NCBI GenBank assembly: GCA_964470515.1 | Contig: CAYYDD010000002.1 | Span: 3,764 to 67,763, forward strand | DNA: 64,000 nt | Source: an uncultured Eubacteriales bacterium | Lineage (GTDB): Bacteria; Bacillota; Clostridia; Oscillospirales; Acutalibacteraceae | Direction of reading: 5' to 3' | Shown: positions 16,331 through 26,133 of the stretch, piece after piece | How positions within the stretch are numbered: the stretch's first letter is position 1 | Layout of the letters: each line of letters opens with the position of its first letter | Position numbers and translations under genes: made by a program | Notes under the pieces: generated by a model | Seen by the model: only the letters and a program-made list of their open reading frames with translations | What the model was told of the DNA's origin: nothing | Database searches by the model: none

Positions 16331-16507
16331 TTATAAGCCGAGGCGGAAAATCAAAGCTTTATGTAAGTATTTTTTCAATAGTTCGGTGGCAGGCGGATCG
16401 GTGGGATCGTTCGTGCCCAGCTTGCCACGGAAGGCATCGGCAAGGATAGACTTTTTTATAAGGTCGATTATATTCAGTATTTGTTCTTTAATTATATCAA
16501 CATTTAT
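16331..16507 (-). pseudogene. Relic of a type I R-M specificity subunit (hsdS), C-terminal roughly 58 codons.
   Basis: The minus-strand translation is ..IIKEQILNIIDLIKKSILADAFRGKLGTNDPTDPPATELLKKYL... This is the conserved HsdS C-terminal helix motif (AFRGxL..QDPxDEPAxxLL). It has no start codon and is preceded by a stop. Confidence 0.6.
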
Positions 16508-16673
16508 TCTTAATAATCAAGTATACAATTCGATTACAGGATTGTAACGTTGTAGGTGTTACAATGATGTGTGACACCTACAGAGTCACGCACTGTTTTT
16601 CTTTTGAACTGTTGAATTGTGGGGCGGGGTGTGATACAATGAGCAAAATCGCAAGGCACAAGGAGGGGACAGT

Positions 16674-17288
16674 ATGAAACTGATCGACATAACCCGTGAG
16701 CTGATGAAGGCACCGGTATATCCGGGCGATCCCGCACCGCAGATGATAAAGCTGACCACTATGGCGGCGGGTGACCCGTGCAATACCACGGTGTTAACTG
16801 CGTGCCTGCACAACGGCACACATATGGATGCGCCGCGGCATTTCTTCCCGCAGGGCGACGGTATCGACAAGGTGTCGCTGGATGCCTGCATCGGGGAGTG
16901 CATCGTCGTGGAATGCAGCGGCCTGCTGCTCGGTGACGCGGCGGAGGAGCTGCTCCCGAAGCTGAAAAGCAAACAGCGCGTACTGTTCAAAGGTGATCTG
17001 CAGCTGACTCCCAGTGCGGCGTTCGTGTTGTCCTGCGCCGGACTTGTGCTGCTCGGCGTGGAAAGCTCCTCAGTGGCTCCGATCACTTATACCGAGGAGG
17101 TGCACCGTCAGCTGCTCGGTGCAGGCATTGTGCTCCTGGAGGGACTGGATCTCTCCAAGGCCGAGCCGGATGTGCCGTATCTGCTGATGGCTGCACCGCT
17201 GTGTATCGCGGGAGCGGACGGTGCGCCCGTGCGTGCCGTGCTGGCGGAATCTCAGCGCATTGATTGGGACGAGCATACCTGGCGCTGA
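16674..17288 (+). CDS. Cyclase-family protein (kynurenine formamidase-like).
   Basis: HNGTHMDAPRHF motif. Promoter TTGAAT-17-TGaTACAAT upstream. Confidence 0.75.
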   Translation: MKLIDITRELMKAPVYPGDPAPQMIKLTTMAAGDPCNTTVLTACLHNGTHMDAPRHFFPQGDGIDKVSLDACIGECIVVECSGLLLGDAAEELLPKLKSKQRVLFKGDLQLTPSAAFVLSCAGLVLLGVESSSVAPITYTEEVHRQLLGAGIVLLEGLDLSKAEPDVPYLLMAAPLCIAGADGAPVRAVLAESQRIDWDEHTWR

Positions 17289-17492
17289 TAAAGCAAGGAG
17301 AACTTCCGGTGTATCAAATGTGCCTCGAAGAACTGAATGAATACCGCCCAAATCAAAGATTTGGAGCCCCACTCATCCCCTGACAAGGGGAGCCGGTAAA
17401 GATAGCAACCCGTTTACGGGTTGCCGATAATCTATGCACGGTTGGTCGGCCAATAATAACCGCACTTTTTTATTTTAGGAGTTGGAAAATCA

Positions 17493-18098
17493 ATGAAATG
17501 AAAACTGCTTGCGCTAGTGCTCGTCGTTTTGTTGCTGTTCAGTATGACCGCGTCCACCACGGCAACACCCACCACAACGGGGTGCCAGCACAGCTACGGG
17601 GTGATCAATAAGTCTCATTCCTTTGATTATCTGGCGAATTGGATAATGACTAACGGCACGGTATATGCTGACAACATTTACGTGGAATATCAGATAGACG
17701 ACAATGAAACATTACAAGTAGCATATTCCCCAGAGACATCGGAAGGCCTAAAATGATTTGTTTTTCTCTTATGAGTATTAGCCAAGTATCAACCAATCGG
17801 ATGCTATATTTTAGATATTTACTCGGATCTGTCGTCCAGCCGCTGTGTTTATATGGGTGGCTCTTTGGAGGGGGTCGAGTATTCGATAAACGGTTGGATC
17901 GACAGTGGAAAATTCAACGATAAGTATCCGTTGCCTTATGATGACTACACCTTAGCAGCGTCCTATACGACGGCTCTTGATCTAGCCGATGATGCCGGAC
18001 AGAACGTTCTTTATATAATGGATCAAGTACGCTGGATTCTTTCGGCCAATAACGTGGGGCTCACGTTGGCCGACCTCGGTTTCACCTCGTTTCAATAA
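17493..18098 (+). pseudogene. Secreted/lipoprotein-like gene interrupted by three in-frame TGA codons.
   Basis: One frame reads ATG AAA TGA AAA CTG..., giving MK*KLLALVLVVLLLFSMTASTTA (signal peptide). Further TGA codons lie at 17754 and 17772. There are no frameshifts, and RBS aggag sits 10 nt upstream. Confidence 0.55.
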
Positions 18099-18106
18099 TT
18101 CGTCGA

Positions 18107-18131
18107 AAAACCGCCCGACAAGGGCGGTTTT
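18107..18131 (+). terminator. Rho-independent terminator.
   Basis: aaaaccgccc-gacaa-gggcggtttt. Confidence 0.8.
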
Positions 18132-18204
18132 CTCATTTCCTGCCCTTGAATTTCCCCGGTCATTCTGTTACAATGTTACATATATGATACAAAGAGGTGC
18201 GCGT

Positions 18205-18882
18205 ATGGAACAAAAGCCGGTATCTGCCGTCATCGTTGCGGCGGGACATTCCACCCGCATGGGGACGAATAAGCAACTGCTGATGCTGGGTGACCGCCCG
18301 GTCATCGCGCACACGCTGGCGGCGTTCCAGTGCAGCTCCGTTATCCGTGAGATCGTGCTGGTTACCCGCGCGGAGGATACCGATGCCCTGTGTACGCTTG
18401 CCGCACAGTACGGCATCACCAAACTGGCCGCCGTGGTTGTGGGCGGTGCCGAGCGGCAGGACTCGGTGGCGAGCGGCGTGGCGGCTTGCAGTGAGGAGAC
18501 GGCGTATTTCGCCATTCACGACGGTGCGCGTCCGCTCATTACGCCCGAGCTCATCGCCGCTGTGGTTGAGGCGGCACAGCGCGACGGCGCGGCGGCCGCG
18601 GCTGTGCGGGTCAAGGATACCGTCAAGGTTGCGGACGAGCACGGTTTTATCGTGGACACCCCCGACCGCGCGACGCTGTGGAACGTGCAGACCCCACAGG
18701 TGTTTGAGCGGGCACTGTACTTAAACGCTTTGGAGAAAGCCCGTCGGCAGGGGCTGAGGGTTACCGACGATTGCCGTCTGGCAGAGGTCGCAGGCTACCC
18801 GGTGCGGCTCGTGGAGAGTAGCTATGCCAATCTTAAGATCACTACACCGGAGGATATTCGCATCGCGGAGGGATGGTTATGA
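18205..18882 (+). CDS. ispD: 2-C-methyl-D-erythritol 4-phosphate cytidylyltransferase.
   Basis: [12 protein letters not shown] and IHDGARP motifs. Start at MEQKPVS with an RBS. Confidence 0.9.
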   Translation: MEQKPVSAVIVAAGHSTRMGTNKQLLMLGDRPVIAHTLAAFQCSSVIREIVLVTRAEDTDALCTLAAQYGITKLAAVVVGGAERQDSVASGVAACSEETAYFAIHDGARPLITPELIAAVVEAAQRDGAAAAAVRVKDTVKVADEHGFIVDTPDRATLWNVQTPQVFERALYLNALEKARRQGLRVTDDCRLAEVAGYPVRLVESSYANLKITTPEDIRIAEGWL

Positions 18883-19364
18883 TAGGTTTACGCATCGGCC
18901 ACGGCTATGACGTTCATCGCTTGGTCGAGGGTCGTCCGCTGATTCTGGGAGGGGTCACGATTCCGTGGGAGAAAGGGCTACTCGGTCACTCGGATGCCGA
19001 CGTGCTCGCGCACGCCATCGCCGATTCCCTGCTCGGTGCGGCGGCGCTGGGGGATATCGGCGGCTTGTTTCCCGATACCGACCCGCAATACAAGGGTGCT
19101 GATAGCCTGAAGCTACTCCGTGAGGTGGTGCGTGTGCTGCGTGAGGCGGGGTATGCGCCTGTCAATATCGACGCTACCGTGCTGGCGCAGGCTCCCAAGC
19201 TCAAGCCGCACGTTCCCGCGATGCGGGAGCGTCTGGCGGCGGCCTGCGGGATGAATACGGCGGCGGTCAGTATCAAGGCCACCACCGAAGAAGGACTGGG
19301 ATTTACCGGCAGCGGTGAGGGGATGGCGGCACACGCCGTTTGCCTCATTGCTCCAATCAAATAA
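18873..19364 (+). CDS. ispF: 2-C-methyl-D-erythritol 2,4-cyclodiphosphate synthase.
   Basis: [10 protein letters not shown] and [10 protein letters not shown] motifs. Confidence 0.9.
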   Translation: MVMIGLRIGHGYDVHRLVEGRPLILGGVTIPWEKGLLGHSDADVLAHAIADSLLGAAALGDIGGLFPDTDPQYKGADSLKLLREVVRVLREAGYAPVNIDATVLAQAPKLKPHVPAMRERLAAACGMNTAAVSIKATTEEGLGFTGSGEGMAAHAVCLIAPIK

Positions 19365-19370
19365 GAAAGG

Positions 19371-19577
19371 ATGATAACGATGGTATTACACGTTCAAGGT
19401 ATGGCCTGCAAGCATTGCAGCAGCCGCGTGGAAAAGGTGTTAAACGCGCTACCCGGCGTGAGAGCCGCAGTGGATCTGGAGACCGAGACGGCGACCGTCA
19501 CCGGTGAGGTATCGGTCGAGCAGCTGCGCGAAACGGTGGAGGCACTGGGCTTTACAGTGACCTCCGCAGAGGTGTGA
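19371..19577 (+). CDS. Heavy-metal-associated (CopZ-like) domain protein.
   Basis: GMACKHC metal-binding motif in a 68-aa ferredoxin-like protein. Confidence 0.8.
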   Translation: MITMVLHVQGMACKHCSSRVEKVLNALPGVRAAVDLETETATVTGEVSVEQLRETVEALGFTVTSAEV

Positions 19578-19581
19578 TCGG

Positions 19582-21444
19582 ATGCCCCCTATGCAGCCTC
19601 CGGGCGGGGGAATGCGCGGCCCCGGCCGTCATCGCCCGCTGACCGAGGAGGAAAAGCGTCAGGCACCGAAGCTCAGCGGTGCGCTGCTGAAGCGTATCTT
19701 TTCGTATATGATCCCCTACTGGCGGCGGCTCATTCTGGTGATGCTTATTATTCTGCTGTCGGCGGGATTGGGGTTGCTGCCCTCGGTGCTTACCGGCCGT
19801 ATGATCGACGAGGGCCTCATCGCGCGTGACCTGGACGTGCTGATCCAGCTTATCTTGCTGTCGCTGCTCGTCACGGTGGTTTCCAATCTCATCCATATTC
19901 TCCAAAGCTATTTAAATGCCACCATCGCGCAGAACATCACCTACGATATGAAAAACCAGATGTATGCGCATCTGGAGCGGATGTCCCATCGGTTTTACAC
20001 CAACCGCCCGCAGGGCGAGCTTATCACGCGGATGACGGGGGATATCAGCGGCGTGCAAGCCGTGATCGCAAATACGATGACGGGGTTGCTGTCCAACGTC
20101 GCGGTGCTGGTGACCTCGCTGGTGGCGATGTATCAGATCCATTGGGTGCTCGCCACCGTCGGTGTGCTGCTGTTGCCGTTCTTTGTACTGCCCGCGCGTA
20201 TTGTGGCGGGCTATCGCTGGAGGATCGCGTCCCGCACGCAGGAAAAATGGGATGAGATGAACCAGATTTTGAACGAGACGATGAGCGTCAGCGGTCAGAT
20301 GCTGGTCAAGCTGTTTAACAAGGAAGAAATTGAGTACGAGAAATTCCGCACCGTCAATGGCGCGACCCGCCGCCTCAGCATCCGCGAAACGGTGGCGAGC
20401 GGTTGGTTCCGTATGGCGATCGATACGTTTATCGGCATCGGTCCGCTGCTGATGTACCTCATTGGCGGACTGCTGATGCTGAAATGGGCCATCGGCCCGG
20501 AGCTGACCGTCGGTGATATCACCATTATGGTGACACTGCTGAATCGGATGTTCCGTCCGGTCGATCAGCTGCTCAATATCGGTGTGGATATCACACGCTC
20601 GTTGGCACTGTTCGCCCGTATTTTTGAGTATCTGGATATCAAGCCGGAGATTGAGGATCGCCCCGATGCACGGGAGCCCGAGACCATCCGCGGTGATCTG
20701 TGCTTTGAGCACGTTGCGTTTTCGTATCATCCCGAGAAGCCGGTGCTGCGGGATATCCATTTTTCCGTGGAGCACGGTAAGAATATCGCGGTGGTCGGCA
20801 CCTCCGGTGCCGGTAAGACCACGCTTATCAGCCTGATCCCGCGCTTGTACGACGTGACCGGCGGCCGCATCACGGTGGACGGTATCGATCTGCGCGATAT
20901 CAAGCTGAAGACCCTGCGCCGCAGCATCGGTATGGTTACGCAGGATACGTATCTGTTCAACGATACCATCCGCGAAAACCTGCTGTATGCGAAGCCCGAG
21001 GCCACGCAGGAGGAGCTGGAGGATGCTTGCCGCAAGGCCAACATCCACGACTTTATCGCCGGTCTGCCGAACGGCTACGATACCGTGGTGGGCAACCGCG
21101 GGCTGAAGCTGTCGGGCGGTGAAAAGCAGCGTGTGTCGCTGGCACGGGTGATTCTGAAAAACCCGCCCATCCTGCTGTTGGATGAGGCGACCTCGTCGCT
21201 GGATTCCATTTCCGAGAGTCATATTCAGGATGCCATTCAGCCGCTGTTGAAAAATCGCACGTCGCTGGTTGTGGCGCACCGTCTGTCCACCATTCTGTCG
21301 GCGGATGAGATACTGGTCGTAGAGGATGGTGTCGTCGTCGGTCGCGGTCCGCATCATCGCTTGGTGGAGGAGAGCCACCGCTACCGCGAGTTGTACGAAA
21401 CGCAGTTCCTGCGTCCGCTTGAAAATGCCAAGAGAAACGATTAA
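19582..21444 (+). CDS. ABC transporter, fused permease/ATPase (MsbA-type exporter).
   Basis: Six TM segments, then Walker A GTSGAGKTT, signature LSGGEKQR and Walker B ILLLDEATS. Confidence 0.9.
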   Translation: MPPMQPPGGGMRGPGRHRPLTEEEKRQAPKLSGALLKRIFSYMIPYWRRLILVMLIILLSAGLGLLPSVLTGRMIDEGLIARDLDVLIQLILLSLLVTVVSNLIHILQSYLNATIAQNITYDMKNQMYAHLERMSHRFYTNRPQGELITRMTGDISGVQAVIANTMTGLLSNVAVLVTSLVAMYQIHWVLATVGVLLLPFFVLPARIVAGYRWRIASRTQEKWDEMNQILNETMSVSGQMLVKLFNKEEIEYEKFRTVNGATRRLSIRETVASGWFRMAIDTFIGIGPLLMYLIGGLLMLKWAIGPELTVGDITIMVTLLNRMFRPVDQLLNIGVDITRSLALFARIFEYLDIKPEIEDRPDAREPETIRGDLCFEHVAFSYHPEKPVLRDIHFSVEHGKNIAVVGTSGAGKTTLISLIPRLYDVTGGRITVDGIDLRDIKLKTLRRSIGMVTQDTYLFNDTIRENLLYAKPEATQEELEDACRKANIHDFIAGLPNGYDTVVGNRGLKLSGGEKQRVSLARVILKNPPILLLDEATSSLDSISESHIQDAIQPLLKNRTSLVVAHRLSTILSADEILVVEDGVVVGRGPHHRLVEESHRYRELYETQFLRPLENAKRND

Positions 21445-21506
21445 CGATAAACAAGCGCCCCGAAAGGGGTGCCTTCCATAAAGCAGGTTTTACCTGCCGA
21501 AAAAAC

Positions 21507-21542
21507 AAAAGGAGTACGGACATTTTTGTTCGTACTCCTTTT
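21507..21542. terminator. Bidirectional terminator hairpin.
   Basis: aaaaggagtacg-(12 nt)-cgtactcctttt. Confidence 0.7.
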
Positions 21543-21600
21543 CACACACCTTGCTCTGCAAGGTATATGTGTTACACCTTTTTTGATGTGCGGTAGCATA

Positions 21601-21700
21601 GCCTCGCCCCATGGGAGAAGCGGCAGCCGAAGGCTGACAGAGAGAGTGATATTCACGCCCTCTCACCCGCTGTCGCGGGAGCTCTCCCGGAGGGAGAGCC
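21601..21700. repeat. Inverted pair of REP-like units, each made of two small GC hairpins.
   Basis: Unit 2 has cccgc-tgtc-gcggg and gctctccc-gga-gggagagc. Unit 1, in the opposite orientation, has cagcc-gaa-ggctg and a degenerate second hairpin. Confidence 0.55.
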
Positions 21701-21809
21701 TTTGATTTATGCGCCCCGAAAGTCCGTCAATTTTCCTGACAAGCACGGCTTTTGTGGACACAAAAACGAAGCCCCGCGCGAGGCGGGGCAATAATTTATT
21801 TGCACTCAG

Positions 21810-23032
21810 TCAAAAATCAATGGAATACACGGTATTTACTTTTTCAAATCCCAATTCAAATGCATTAAATCCTCCGTGCTTTTTTGCATATTCATCAAAT
21901 TGAGCATCTTCAAAAGGAATATATCCTTTCTCCATAGCTGCATTTGTCGCCGTTAGATAAAGATATCTGATTGCATCTTTAGGAGTATCGGGTAAATTAG
22001 GTGTATGAACACAGTTGTTCAAGCAAAAGCCGTGTGTGCTCTGTAACCCGTCATAGGATATAGAAAGTAGCTTCTTGCCATCAAAAACACCAAACGGTTG
22101 CGAAAGAGGTCTTTGTTCAAGTGGCTTTTTTAGCAAGTTTTTAAGCCCGAACCCACCCGATTTCTTAAATATTTCATCGGGGTATTCTGCAATAAATTCG
22201 TCAACTGCTTCCAAATCTTGAGTCTGCAACACATGAATATCATACTTCTGTGCTTCTTTAGACAGAACAAACGGCTCTCCGAAATACATGGTTTCGTTTC
22301 TTTCTTTTATACCTTTGAATTGAATGCCCTCAAGTGCAGATTTCACATCTTCAAAGGCCACATCTTTATGAAATATACAATCAATATTGCTGGGTTTAAA
22401 AAGTAGGAGCTTATCAATATAATCTCGAAGATTGCCCAAATCGTCAAGAACAAGTGTTAAATAAGGATTTTCGAAAAAATTATCGATTGTAACAAATCCG
22501 TTTTCAAAAGGTCTTTGTCCGAAACGATTTTTGATCCGTTAAATGCAATCGTTACTGCCGTATATCCGTAACGTTTCGCGTCTTTTTCAAGAAGCCAATC
22601 GATAACCTCGTCGGCATCTTTTTCAAAGAAGTCGGGAAGAACATGACGAAATTCAGCAACAGCGGTAGCATTCAGTTCGTTGTCGGCCCAAACAAGCGGA
22701 TATGCTTTCAGTTTTTCACGATATTCACTGGGCGTTTTACCGTATTGGTCCTTAAATGCGCACGTAAATCCTTCATGACTTTCATATCCGCACTCTAAGG
22801 CGATAGATAAAATATCACGTTCGGGAGATGTACGAAGCATGCGTGCGGCACGGTTTAATTTCCTGAATTTTACGTATTCCATAACGTTAAATCCCGTATG
22901 GTTACGAAAAATACGATTAAAGTAATCCGTAGAAAACCCCGCATTTTTTGCAACATCATCGAGAGTAGTTGTATTAGAACCCAAATTGTTGATATATTTT
23001 ACAGCATTTTTATCAAGTCTCTGTTTTCCATT
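21810..23032 (-). pseudogene. AraC-family regulator (N-terminal HTH plus a roughly 250-aa C-terminal domain), low GC, disrupted by two frameshifts at homopolymer runs.
   Basis: ATG with RBS (gaggaggtaagaaATG) at 23032 reads MENRDLIKML*. The AraC frame (..LDKNAVKYINNLGSNTTTLDDVAKNAGFSTDYFNRIF) is +1 relative to it, across an A5 run. A second shift occurs at a T6 run (near 22470-22475) between ORFs 22457..22984 and 21810..22439. Confidence 0.6.
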
Positions 23033-23192
23033 TCTTACCTCCTCTAATGGATAAATAAGCGGTTGGCCTCCTGCTTGTGATAATATTATATCATATCAAT
23101 TTCTGTTTGTCTTGACGAAAAACGCTGAATTTAAAATGGCGTACCTGCTTTATCGCAGGTACGCCAACGGGGTGCTTGTTGTCTTTTGCGCA

Positions 23193-24401
23193 TTATTCGC
23201 GTATCAGCCCGGTTGTATGATCTTCGCCGCAGGGGAGGGGCTGCTCAAAGGCGAGCCCGTACAGATCGGTCACGCGGTTTTCCAGTGTCCACAAGGTCTG
23301 ACATTCCCGGTCGAGTTTTGCTACCTGCGACGAGCGGTACAGCAGCGGCACCGTCGGCTTGGAGACGGAGAGGATCTCCTTGCCGCGCTCGTTGGCGGCC
23401 AGCACCCGCGCATACGGCGGGCGGCGGGTGGCATACCCCGTGGGGATGCCCAGATACGCCGACCAGATCAGCCGCCGTACCCGCGTCAGCGGATATCGCT
23501 TGGTCTTGATAGTCTCTTCCAATTCCGCCAGCGTTTTTGCCTTACGGATGGCGTTATACACCCGATTTTCCAAGCCCTCGGAGATGCCCGGCACCGCCTG
23601 CAGCTCCGAGGGCGTCATCCGCCGCAACCGCGCGAGGACGGCGCGTTCGATCAGCACGGCATCCGCGGGAACGCGTCCCTTTTGCGCGGCATCCGATAAG
23701 GTCGCCGCACACGGGGCGGGCATATACGGCAGGGCGTTTATCAATCGGTCGGAGGACAGCAGCGTGCGCAGATAGGTGGCGGATGCCGTATCCCCGATGG
23801 GGGCGAGGCTGTCGTGTGCGCTGCCCTGCCGCTGCACCGTAAACGGCGCGATACGGCTGTTCAGTCGCCGCAACGCCTTGATGTATTCAATACCCAGTGT
23901 GTTGTTGGGGGTGGCGAGCACTGCCGCGACCTTTTCGCCGCCGATCTCCGTCAGTGCTTTTTGCTGTGCCTCGGGAAACGCGATGCCCATCCCCATAAAA
24001 TATTTCAGCAACGAGCCGTAGCGCGGTGACTCCATCAGCACCACCGCTTTTTCCAACGGCGCCAGTGCTCCGGCTTCACTGCCGAAGCTCAGCACGTCCA
24101 CACAGCCCAAGGAGTCCAGCAGCGAGACCGCGCCGAGCGCAAACCCCTCTGCCGAGGATAAGCACCACGGTGCCGGCAACTCGATGACCAGGTCGGCTCC
24201 GCCGGCCAGTGCCGCGCGGGCGCGGTCAAACTTCGGCAGGATGGCCGGCTCACCTCGTTGCACAAAGCTGCCGCTCATCACCGCGACGATATGCGTGGCC
24301 TCACAGCCGCCGTTCTTCGCCCGCGTTTTTTCCAGATGCCGGGCGTGCCCGTTGTGGAAAGGATTGTACTCCGCTATCACACCTGCAATACGCATCGGCA
24401 A
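23193..24401 (-). CDS. tmcAL: tRNA(Met) cytidine acetate ligase (nucleotidyltransferase, UPF0348).
   Basis: N-terminal GVIAEYNPFHNGHARHL signature. Confidence 0.75.
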   Translation of the reverse strand: MPMRIAGVIAEYNPFHNGHARHLEKTRAKNGGCEATHIVAVMSGSFVQRGEPAILPKFDRARAALAGGADLVIELPAPWCLSSAEGFALGAVSLLDSLGCVDVLSFGSEAGALAPLEKAVVLMESPRYGSLLKYFMGMGIAFPEAQQKALTEIGGEKVAAVLATPNNTLGIEYIKALRRLNSRIAPFTVQRQGSAHDSLAPIGDTASATYLRTLLSSDRLINALPYMPAPCAATLSDAAQKGRVPADAVLIERAVLARLRRMTPSELQAVPGISEGLENRVYNAIRKAKTLAELEETIKTKRYPLTRVRRLIWSAYLGIPTGYATRRPPYARVLAANERGKEILSVSKPTVPLLYRSSQVAKLDRECQTLWTLENRVTDLYGLAFEQPLPCGEDHTTGLIRE

Positions 24402-24513
24402 ACACCTCCGTGACTTTTTTCGAAAAAGCCTTGAAAAATTTTCCGTTTCGTACTATTATAGTATACAGTAAATGATTACAAAAATCAATATCAGGGAATA
24501 GAGGCGTATGTAA

Positions 24514-25707
24514 ATGAAAATTCTGGTTATCAACGCAGGCAGTTCTTCGCTCAAGTATCAGCTTATTGATATGGACGGCGAGCTGGTCGTCGCCAAGGGT
24601 CTTTGCGAGCGCATCGGCATCGACGGTCGTTTCACGCACAAGACCGGGGATGGCCGCGTCGTTCAGCTCGACGTGGCTATGCCGGATCACGCTACCGCGT
24701 TCGAGCAGGTCAAGCAGGCACTGACCTCGGGTGAGGGCAAGGTCGTAAACGATCTGTCCGAGATCACCGCTATCGGCCATCGCGTCGTGCAGGGAGGCTC
24801 GAAGTACGACCGCTCGGTGCGTATCGACGAGGACGTGCTGAAGGCTGTCCGTGAATACGAGATCCTGGCTCCGTTGCACAACCCCGCTTGCCTGAAGGGC
24901 ATCGAGGCGGCAACGGAAGCGTTCGGCACCGAGATCCCGCAGGTCGCGGTGTTCGATACCGCGTTCCATCAGACGATGCCCGAGGTGGCGTATCTGTGGG
25001 GTCTGCCGTATGAGTACTATGAGAAGTACGGTCTGCGCCGCTACGGCTATCACGGCACGTCGCACCGCTTCGTTTCGGCACGCTGCTGCGAGCTGCTCGG
25101 CAAGCCGGACGGCAAGGGCACCCGCATCATCACCTGTCACCTCGGCAACGGCTCCTCGCTGGCCGCTCTGCGTGACGGCAAGGTCATCGACACCACGATG
25201 GGTCTGACCCCGCTGGATGGCTTCCTAATGGGTACCCGTAGCGGTGCTGTTGATCCCTCCGCCGTGACGTTCCTGATGGAAAAAGAGGGCCTCACCCCCG
25301 AAGAGATGGATTCTCTGATGAATAAGAAGTCCGGTATGCTTGGTATTTCCGGCGTGTCCAGTGACGACCGCGATATCACCGCCGCGATGGATGCGGGCAA
25401 TCCCCGCGCCAAGCTCGCGTGGGATCTGCGCAGCTACCAGATCCTCAAGTACATCGGCGGCTACGTGGCGGCGCTGGGGGGCTTAGATGCCATCGTTTTT
25501 ACCGCCGGTATCGGTGAAAACCAGGATCGTCTGCGCGCCGAGCTGTTGGAGAGTCTGGCGTATCTGGGCATCAAGGTGGATGCCGAGGCGAATAAGGTAC
25601 GCGGCAAGGAGCAGGAGATCACCACGCCGGATTCTGCCGTGCGTGCGTTCATCATCCCCACCAACGAGGAGCTTGTTATTGCCCGCGACACGAAGGCTCT
25701 TATCTGA
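24514..25707 (+). CDS. ackA: Acetate kinase.
   Basis: MKILVINAGSSSLKYQL and GYHGTSH motifs. Confidence 0.95.
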   Translation: MKILVINAGSSSLKYQLIDMDGELVVAKGLCERIGIDGRFTHKTGDGRVVQLDVAMPDHATAFEQVKQALTSGEGKVVNDLSEITAIGHRVVQGGSKYDRSVRIDEDVLKAVREYEILAPLHNPACLKGIEAATEAFGTEIPQVAVFDTAFHQTMPEVAYLWGLPYEYYEKYGLRRYGYHGTSHRFVSARCCELLGKPDGKGTRIITCHLGNGSSLAALRDGKVIDTTMGLTPLDGFLMGTRSGAVDPSAVTFLMEKEGLTPEEMDSLMNKKSGMLGISGVSSDDRDITAAMDAGNPRAKLAWDLRSYQILKYIGGYVAALGGLDAIVFTAGIGENQDRLRAELLESLAYLGIKVDAEANKVRGKEQEITTPDSAVRAFIIPTNEELVIARDTKALI

Positions 25708-25720
25708 GCACAAAATCAAA

Positions 25721-25750
25721 ACAGGGCCGCCTGCAGGCGACCCTGTTTTT
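25721..25750. terminator. Terminator between convergent ackA and the DUF378 gene.
   Basis: cagggccgcc-tgca-ggcgaccctg followed by ttttt. Confidence 0.7.
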
Positions 25751-25757
25751 CCAATGT

Positions 25758-25973
25758 TCAGCGGTTGTCGTGTTGCTCCGGCAGCGAATTGCGGCGGCGG
25801 AATAGCAGGGTAATGCACCAAATACCCGCCAGCGCGACCAGTGTGTAGATCACACGGCTGATCGGACCGCTCTGCCCGCCGAAGATCCACGCCACCACGT
25901 CAAACTGAAACAAACCGATGCCGCCCCAGTTGAGCGCGCCGATGATCACCAAGATCAAGGCGATCGTATCCAT
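25758..25973 (-). CDS. DUF378 small membrane protein.
   Basis: IIGALNWGGIGLFQFDVVAWIFGG signature. Confidence 0.8.
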   Translation of the reverse strand: MDTIALILVIIGALNWGGIGLFQFDVVAWIFGGQSGPISRVIYTLVALAGIWCITLLFRRRNSLPEQHDNR

Positions 25974-26133
25974 AGAAGTCGTCCCTCCTCATTTGCGAAT
26001 ACCTGCATAATTTGCTTTCGCAACCTTAGTATAGGCGGCTTTTTGAGGAATATGCGGCACACTTTCGCAAAATATTTACAAATCTTTCATACTCTGTCGG
26101 CAAAATGATGTATCATACTATAAGGGTGAAGGT

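Larger units (their letters stand above)
13901..16600. mobile_element. Low-GC genomic island downstream of tRNA-Pro: R-M cassette, repeat arrays, and relics. No recombinase is present.
   Basis: There is a visible switch from about 60% GC to AT-rich sequence at 13.9 kb and back at about 16.6 kb. The content is defence-type genes and gene fragments. Confidence 0.7.

Noticed and set aside
13861-16673. A direct repeat of the tRNA-Pro 3' end as attR of an integrase-mediated island.
   Set aside because: I could not find any copy of gttcgactcctgtcactcgg or a substantial part of it at the right side of the island. No integrase gene or fragment was recognised.
17289-17492. A 22-codon ORF (MCLEELNEYRPNQRFGAPLIP) and the hairpin gcaacccg-ttta-cgggttgc after the cyclase gene, as a possible toxin-antitoxin relic or small RNA.
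   Set aside because: It is too short, with no recognisable family, RBS or partner gene. The hairpin lacks a T tract. The evidence is insufficient to call anything.
17499-17774. The in-frame TGA codons as selenocysteine sites.
   Set aside because: There is no plausible SECIS-like hairpin immediately downstream of any of the three codons. One lies at codon 3 inside a signal peptide. Pseudogenisation or read-through is more plausible.
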